A stretch of 64,000 nucleotides of DNA from a virus. Below are positions 59,020 through 64,000 of the stretch, in pieces. The stretch spans positions 32,001 to 96,000 of the IMG/VR virus record IMGVR_UViG_3300042549_009011. The stretch is one strand, 5' to 3'. Positions within the stretch are counted from its first letter, which is position 1. Each line of letters starts with the position of its first letter. A program made the position numbers and the translations under genes. A model generated the notes under the pieces. The model was not told the origin of the DNA. It was given only the letters and a program-made list of their open reading frames with translations, and did no database searches.

Positions 59020-61327
59020 TCTTCCAATTACAAATCATCTTAAAAGCAACATCCATAAAGCAAAACAATTAGCTGAAAATTTGGGCAGAAATGGAGTTGA
59101 TCCAGATTTAATTCTCTATAGTATTTTAACATATCCTTCTTTGGGATCAGAAGAAATTTTTTCTAACATTTCGTTAGATATAAAATCATTACAAAATGCT
59201 TTAACAGAAGATATCTCTAAAAAGAAAAAAACTAAAATCATTTCTGATCATTTAACTCATAGAACAAAAGAATTATTTCTAAGAGCAGAAAATATTTGTT
59301 TGGAAAATTTTAAAATTGATTATATATGTTCTGAAGCTTTGCTGCTCTGTTTCTTTACAGAAGACTTCATGCCGAAGTGTTTTAAAAAATTTTTTAATAT
59401 TTCCAATGAAGTAGAGCTTTATTCACTAGAGGAAGTTCAAAAGCTATTTGCTTCTACGGCAATTCATATTAAAGATTACAAAGAAGAAAATGAATATGAA
59501 ATAGATTTAAATTTAGAAGAAGATGAAACTCTTCTATTCTTAGACATGTTCGAAGATAATGGAATCTTATCCGAATTTGCAGAAAATCTTAACTTAAAAG
59601 CGGCTCATGGAGCATTTGAGCAAATCGTTGATTTCGATGGTAAGATAAATGAGCTTACAGCTATTCTATGTAGAAAGAAAAAACCGAACGCTATTCTAGT
59701 TGGTGGCGGCGGTGTTGGTAAAAGCTCGATTGTGGAAAGCCTAGCTTTAATGATTGTTAATGGAGAAGCTCCAGAATTGTTAGCTAATAAAGTTATTTAT
59801 TCTTTAAACTTATCTTCTATGGTTGCTGGAACAATGTATAGAGGGCAATTTGAGGAAAGACTTAAAAACTTTGTAGATGAAATAAAAAAATACAACAATA
59901 TCATTCTGTTTATTGATGAAATTCACACTTTAGTTGGCGCTGGAGGAGGAGCTTCTTCTTCTCTTGAGGCTTCGAATGCACTCAAGCCAGAACTGGCAAG
60001 GGGAACGATATCCTGTATTGGGGCCACAACAATTAATGAATATACAGAAAGCATTAAAAAAGATGCAGCTTTAGATAGACGCTTTGAGAGAGTCTTGGTT
60101 AGAGAACCTTCTAAGTTTATTATGAAGCAGATTTTACCGACCATAGTATCTTACTATGAAGAATTTCATGGCGTTGAATACTCAAAAGATTTTACAGATA
60201 ATGTAGTTGAGTTTTGTGAGAAATTTCTTCCAAATAGATTTTATCCAGATAAAGCAGTTACTGTAATTGACCATTGTGGAGCGCAAGCAAAAGTAAACTT
60301 TTGGGAAAGAGATGATTCCATCAAAGAATCTCATCAAAATATTCTTTTTAAAATAAGTGAAAATGGAGAAATACCAGCAGAATTATTTGAAGATCTTAAT
60401 AAAAAATTAGAAAGCTGGGAAGAAAGGCTATCAAAAGAAACGCCAGTTGTAGAAATGCAGCATTTAAAGGACTATTTTGAGAAAAAGAAAAATCCATTAG
60501 CATCTTTTGAAATCTGTAAAGAAGTCTCTTCTTATATTAAGAAAGAATTTGTTGGTCAGAAAAAAGCAATCAAAGATTTCTTTGAGACGATCAACAAGGT
60601 TTCTATGGGTCTTGGCAAAAAGAACTCAAGCTCTTCTCCAGACAGTTATCTTTTTTATGGAGTGAAATCTTCTGGTAAAACATTATTTTCTAAAACCCTA
60701 AAAGATGGATTAGAGAAAAGTGGAGCATCAGTGATTTATTACAATGGATCTCAATTATCTGATAATTATGCTCAATACAAAATCATTTCTGAATTAAACA
60801 GAAACACCACGCTTTGCGAAAAAGTAGTAATGAATCCAAATTGCGTAATCATAGTAGATGACTTTAACAGCATACATCATGATTGCATTAATCTTTTTTC
60901 TCAAATTCTAAAAGAGGGAAGATTACAAATGAGTAATGGCGATATTGCAGATTTTTCAAACTGTAAATTCGTCTTTACTTGTGGAACGAATAATCAGAAG
61001 TCTATGGGCTTTAATTTAGAACAAAGCGAGTTAAATGCAGAAATCAACAAAGACATACTTGCTTTGATCGAAAAAAGCTTCTTACTGACAACTCCTAATA
61101 AAGTAGATCTTAGAAGAATTACATACAATAGACTCAAAGAAATAAAAACAAACTTGGGTTATCAAGATGTTGCTTTCAATTTTGATTTTAATTTAATTAA
61201 AAATATAGTCGATAAAGTTGACTGCAAAGACTGCTGCATTCAAGAGTTGAACTCTATTATTGAAAAAGATATAGTAAATAAAATATCTGAAAAATTACTA
61301 AAGGGAGAAGCCTTGTCATTCTTCTAA
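59012..61327 (+). CDS. ClpA/ClpC-family AAA+ unfoldase
   Basis: Clp N-domain; GGGGVGKS; AGTMYRGQFEERL; LFIDEIH; IGATT; DAALDRRF; PDKA; second ATPase GVKSSGKT; SMGF loop. Confidence 0.9.
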   Translation: MTNLPITNHLKSNIHKAKQLAENLGRNGVDPDLILYSILTYPSLGSEEIFSNISLDIKSLQNALTEDISKKKKTKIISDHLTHRTKELFLRAENICLENFKIDYICSEALLLCFFTEDFMPKCFKKFFNISNEVELYSLEEVQKLFASTAIHIKDYKEENEYEIDLNLEEDETLLFLDMFEDNGILSEFAENLNLKAAHGAFEQIVDFDGKINELTAILCRKKKPNAILVGGGGVGKSSIVESLALMIVNGEAPELLANKVIYSLNLSSMVAGTMYRGQFEERLKNFVDEIKKYNNIILFIDEIHTLVGAGGGASSSLEASNALKPELARGTISCIGATTINEYTESIKKDAALDRRFERVLVREPSKFIMKQILPTIVSYYEEFHGVEYSKDFTDNVVEFCEKFLPNRFYPDKAVTVIDHCGAQAKVNFWERDDSIKESHQNILFKISENGEIPAELFEDLNKKLESWEERLSKETPVVEMQHLKDYFEKKKNPLASFEICKEVSSYIKKEFVGQKKAIKDFFETINKVSMGLGKKNSSSSPDSYLFYGVKSSGKTLFSKTLKDGLEKSGASVIYYNGSQLSDNYAQYKIISELNRNTTLCEKVVMNPNCVIIVDDFNSIHHDCINLFSQILKEGRLQMSNGDIADFSNCKFVFTCGTNNQKSMGFNLEQSELNAEINKDILALIEKSFLLTTPNKVDLRRITYNRLKEIKTNLGYQDVAFNFDFNLIKNIVDKVDCKDCCIQELNSIIEKDIVNKISEKLLKGEALSFF

Positions 61328-61346
61328 AAATTAAAGAAATAAAGAT

Positions 61347-61377
61347 AAAAAAAGAGCGGGGCGAACCCCGCTCTTTT
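61347..61377. terminator. Bidirectional terminator between convergent genes
   Basis: A7-GAGCGGGG-CGAA-CCCCGCTC-T4. Confidence 0.9.
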
Positions 61378-61402
61378 AGTGTTTAGCTTTAATTAGCTAA
61401 TA

Positions 61403-61612
61403 TTAGCCAACATTAGCTGACTTGATGCTAGTTTTAGCAAGCTTACGCTCAACGCGCTTATTACGGTCATAGACGCGAATAAACGAGTTAGTTTCGCCCA
61501 AGAACTGAGCATTCATAACTTCTCCATTATTCGTATAAAGACCGAAGAAGCGACCTTTGGATTGACGAATAGAGTTAAGAGTTCCGATTTGTTGTTTAGT
61601 CATTTTTTTCAT
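61403..61612 (-). CDS. Small basic protein with its own promoter (start revised to 61612)
   Basis: MKKMTKQQIG...SANVG; CGT-rich codon bias; promoter 8 nt upstream. Confidence 0.65.
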   Translation of the reverse strand: MKKMTKQQIGTLNSIRQSKGRFFGLYTNNGEVMNAQFLGETNSFIRVYDRNKRVERKLAKTSIKSANVG

Positions 61613-61620
61613 GAGGCAAT

Positions 61621-61649
61621 ATATTAGCAAATAAATACGAAAAAGTCAA
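61621..61649 (-). promoter_or_regulatory. Sigma70-type promoter, near-leaderless
   Basis: TTGACT-N17-(TGn)TAATAT-N8-ATG. Confidence 0.7.
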
Positions 61650-61673
61650 GCGGAAAATATATATTTTTTTTCA

Positions 61674-61701
61674 TTGACTTTTTTTTTAATTATGTTAATA
61701 T
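61674..61701 (+). promoter_or_regulatory. Sigma70-type promoter, leaderless
   Basis: TTGACT-N16-(TGn)TAATAT-N7-ATG. Confidence 0.7.
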
Positions 61702-61708
61702 AAATCCA

Positions 61709-61885
61709 ATGAATAGCAAAAAAGCGAAGCAAATTAAAAAAGCTATTATTTCACCTGAAAATAAAAACAATCCAATTTTCAGAAGAATGTATAGAAGACA
61801 TAAAAAACTATATGCAAGAACTCCAGAACAGCAAAAACCAGTATTGCTTAAAGCAATTCAAGAAAAATTTAATTATGAGCGATAA
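61709..61885 (+). CDS. 58-aa basic protein missing from the ORF track
   Basis: MNSKKAKQIKKAIISPENKNNPIFRRMYRRHKKLYARTPEQQKPVLLKAIQEKFNYER*; ATG 7 nt after a -10 box; overlaps the next start. Confidence 0.7.
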   Translation: MNSKKAKQIKKAIISPENKNNPIFRRMYRRHKKLYARTPEQQKPVLLKAIQEKFNYER

Positions 61886-62078
61886 TAACAAAAAAGAAAA
61901 TGATTGGTCAAAGCGCGAAATTGGTGCTTTGTGGAAAAAAGAAAATGCTTCTCAAAGCTTCTACACTGGAAAGGTAACAGTTAAAGGTCAAGAACTAGAG
62001 ATTATCTGCTTTGCTAATAAGCATAAAACAGAAAGTAAGCATCCAGATATTAGAATCTATATTTCAGAACCAAAATAA
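61875..62078 (+). CDS. DUF736-like small protein (ATG 61875)
   Basis: EIGALWKK...YTG...N..K....HPDIRI. Confidence 0.6.
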   Translation: MSDNNKKENDWSKREIGALWKKENASQSFYTGKVTVKGQELEIICFANKHKTESKHPDIRIYISEPK

Positions 62079-62263
62079 TGACCCAAGAAAAAGAAGAATT
62101 AATTAAAACAAAGCTTATTCAAAAAATTCTTGAAGATGCAACTTTTGCTGATATCGTGAAAATTCTTCACGAATTAGCTAAAAGAGAAGCAGAAGAGGTT
62201 CTTTCTGAATTAAAAGACGAAGAAAAAGAAGGGCTTTATAAAGAACTCTTTGATAAAGAATAA
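62078..62263 (+). CDS. Hypothetical acidic helical protein
   Basis: TAATG-coupled 61-aa ORF. Confidence 0.55.
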   Translation: MTQEKEELIKTKLIQKILEDATFADIVKILHELAKREAEEVLSELKDEEKEGLYKELFDKE

Positions 62264-62289
62264 AATAAGCATTATTACTTAATCAAAAT

Positions 62290-62325
62290 AGCCCTCAACG
62301 TAACAAAAATGCGTTGAGGGCTTTT
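62290..62325 (+). terminator. 13-bp hairpin (terminator or operator) upstream of the HTH-methyltransferase
   Basis: AGCCCTCAACGTA-N7-TGCGTTGAGGGCT-TTT. Confidence 0.6.
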
Positions 62326-62339
62326 AATTTAAAAATTAT

Positions 62340-63092
62340 ATGAAATTTACTTGGGATACCAATAAAGAATCTGCCGCCGTTAAAATGAAATCTGAAGGTT
62401 TTACTTATTCGAAAATAGCGGAGATACTCGACACAACTGAAGTAAGCGTTAAGCATAAAATCAGGAGAATAAATCAGAGTAAAAATCAGGATAAGTATAA
62501 ACACACGAAAGAAAAATCAGAGCAAATAGATAAATTTGTTTCTGGTAAAAATAAGAAAATACTAGAAACACACGCTGGTTTTGGCAGCCTTACAGAAAAG
62601 TATAGTTTATTTGGCAATGTTTATTCTATAGAAATGGTTCAGGAAAGGGTTGATTTTGTCAATTCAAAGAAATTAAAAAATGTTGAATGCACCAAAGGAG
62701 ATTCTGAAAAAGAGATTCTTTCTTTATTATATAATAATAAAAAATTTGATGTGATTGATGTAGACCCCTATGGATTTCCTTCTAGGTATTTTCCAACTGT
62801 TTTTGGTCTTATAGATGATGGTGTTCTTTTTTTAACCTTTCCAGTGATGGGTGTTGCCCAAATAAACAAGATAACTATAGAACATTACAGAGTATTTTGG
62901 GACATAAATCTTTCTGACAAGGACTGCTATACAGATAAAATAGTTAAAAAGTTAAAAGACTATGCTTTTATGCAAAAAAGATCAATAGAAGTGTTGGAAA
63001 TCAAAAAAATAGATAGGATCTATAGGTTTGCGATAAAAGTAAAACAAGAATCTTTATTAAAAATTGTTGGCTTAGAAGTAAATAAAAAATAG
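62340..63092 (+). CDS. HTH-fused SAM-dependent methyltransferase
   Basis: N-terminal GFTYSKIAEILDTTEVSVKHKI HTH; LETHAGFG; GDS; FDVIDVDPYG. Confidence 0.75.
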   Translation: MKFTWDTNKESAAVKMKSEGFTYSKIAEILDTTEVSVKHKIRRINQSKNQDKYKHTKEKSEQIDKFVSGKNKKILETHAGFGSLTEKYSLFGNVYSIEMVQERVDFVNSKKLKNVECTKGDSEKEILSLLYNNKKFDVIDVDPYGFPSRYFPTVFGLIDDGVLFLTFPVMGVAQINKITIEHYRVFWDINLSDKDCYTDKIVKKLKDYAFMQKRSIEVLEIKKIDRIYRFAIKVKQESLLKIVGLEVNKK

Positions 63093-63107
63093 TTTTTTTT
63101 AAAAATG

Positions 63108-63113
63108 GTGTAA
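63108..63113 (+). promoter_or_regulatory. GTGTAA putative late promoter (holin-like gene)
   Basis: 8 nt before ATG 63122. Confidence 0.7.
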
Positions 63114-63121
63114 TTACCAAT

Positions 63122-63319
63122 ATGGAAACATTAAATTTAATTCTTGAATTTCTTAAAAATGAATCATCTCTTCCTATCATTGCTGGAGTTATTGCGACCT
63201 TTTCAGCAATTGCAGCCGTAACACCTACGCCAAAAGAGGGAACTAAATTAGCCGTTATCTACAAAATTGTAGATTTTCTAGCTTTGAATATTTTTAAAGC
63301 AAAAGATAAAGGTAAATAA
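63122..63319 (+). CDS. Holin-like small membrane protein
   Basis: Hydrophobic helix, then TPTPK, amphipathic helix and basic tail; late GTGTAA motif and own terminator. Confidence 0.55.
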   Translation: METLNLILEFLKNESSLPIIAGVIATFSAIAAVTPTPKEGTKLAVIYKIVDFLALNIFKAKDKGK

Positions 63320-63332
63320 TCAATAAAAAAAT

Positions 63333-63365
63333 AAAAAGCCGCTCCTTAACTGGGGCGGCTTTTTT
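63333..63365 (+). terminator. Rho-independent terminator
   Basis: AAAAAGCCGCTCC-TTAACT-GGGGCGGCTTTTTT. Confidence 0.9.
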
Positions 63366-63373
63366 GTGTTTCG

Positions 63374-63379
63374 GTGTAA
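63374..63379 (+). promoter_or_regulatory. GTGTAA putative late promoter
   Basis: After a terminator, 9 nt before ATG 63389. Confidence 0.7.
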
Positions 63380-63388
63380 ACAAGTTAA

Positions 63389-63736
63389 ATGCCAGCGCAA
63401 ACTTTAAATTTAAATATTGAAAAAGGTGTAGATTTTTCTGCTTCTTTTGTTTTACAGCGATCTGGTGGACAATATGTAGATTTATCAGATACAGGAATTT
63501 GTGTTAAAGCTGAGATAGTTGAATTCTACGGTCTTGCACCAATTACTGGTTTTACAATACAAGAAAATTTGCCAAGTGGAGTTACGTTGTCATTAAACGA
63601 ACAAGGCTCTTCTATTTTACCATTCGATAAAAGTTATTATGATATTGTTTTAAATACAAGCGGTAATACCGAAAGATTTTTTATGGGAGAAATCGCTTTA
63701 TCTCAAAATGCTACAATCAATACATCATGTATGTGA
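63389..63736 (+). CDS. Virion adaptor-like protein (BppU-N-like)
   Basis: LNIEKGVDF...VDLS...LSL....S..L...YYDIVL...GEI pattern. Confidence 0.55.
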   Translation: MPAQTLNLNIEKGVDFSASFVLQRSGGQYVDLSDTGICVKAEIVEFYGLAPITGFTIQENLPSGVTLSLNEQGSSILPFDKSYYDIVLNTSGNTERFFMGEIALSQNATINTSCM

Positions 63737-63834
63737 AAGCTGTATTAAAAACTGTTATAGATTTTTTTAACTTTAAAATACAACAACTGGGTAATAGTAT
63801 ATTATAACTAGAGCAGCAAATATTTTTATTTTTC

Positions 63835-64000
63835 ATGATTCCATTTAACTATAGAAAGTTCAATTATAAAGGCATTTCATTCCCAAGTGAAACACCCTTT
63901 TTCCCAACTGTTATTTCAGTTGGTGATGATGATGCAGTGGTCAGCTTCAACCAAGGTTATGTTTTTAATTTTAACGATATTGGTTTAGAAACAGGCGATG
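63835..64000 (+). CDS. 3'-truncated hypothetical protein
   Basis: MIPFNYRKFNYKGISFPSETPFFPTV... stays open to the window end. Confidence 0.5.
   Translation, partial: MIPFNYRKFNYKGISFPSETPFFPTVISVGDDDAVVSFNQGYVFNFNDIGLETGD

Noticed and set aside
1432-62504. Many short antisense or alternate-frame ORFs in the supplied track
   Set aside because: They are nested in well-supported genes and lack promoters or recognisable motifs.
1-64000. Stop-codon reassignment, inteins, introns or tRNA genes
   Set aside because: Genes are full length in code 11 and end in TAA, TGA or TAG; TerL, DnaB, DnaE, RecA and NrdA show no insertions; no cloverleaf seen by eye (tRNAscan-SE not run).

Overview
This 64 kb window is part of a large, AT-rich tailed dsDNA phage (Caudoviricetes) read in the standard genetic code. 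No tail sheath gene is visible, so a non-contractile tail is likely. (1) 1-29443, + strand: packaging and virion morphogenesis (C2H2/ERCC4 nuclease, TerL, portal, protease-scaffold, decoration, major capsid, neck, two tail-tube paralogs, putative chaperones, a 2018-aa tape measure protein and tail-tip proteins). (2) 29440-37850, mostly - strand: annealing-protein and SSB candidates, three glycosyltransferase genes, a phage sigma factor, dNMP kinase and dUTPase, with one + strand fibre-like gene inserted. (3) 38265-61327, + strand: a class Id-like ribonucleotide reductase, an 11-gene glycan-synthesis cluster, and a replication/recombination set (RecA, DnaB, primase, PD-(D/E)XK nuclease, a DnaE split into PHP / exonuclease / polymerase genes, ClpC-like ATPase). 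(4) 61403-64000: small genes, an HTH-methyltransferase, a holin-like gene and more structural genes. The most notable signals are: a phage glycosylation toolkit alongside tail and fibre proteins strongly enriched in Ser/Thr-Gly dipeptides (candidate virion O-glycosylation system and sequon); a GTGTAA motif 8-9 nt before six late-gene start codons, a phage sigma factor, and largely leaderless, SD-free gene starts; a tape measure protein divided by five A-x-G-[FY]-[IVL]-P-N-[FY]-[AV] repeats into cargo-like cassettes, one resembling a nuclease; and a candidate structured ncRNA behind a perfect sigma70 promoter. All family assignments come from motif reading by eye; no database search was run.
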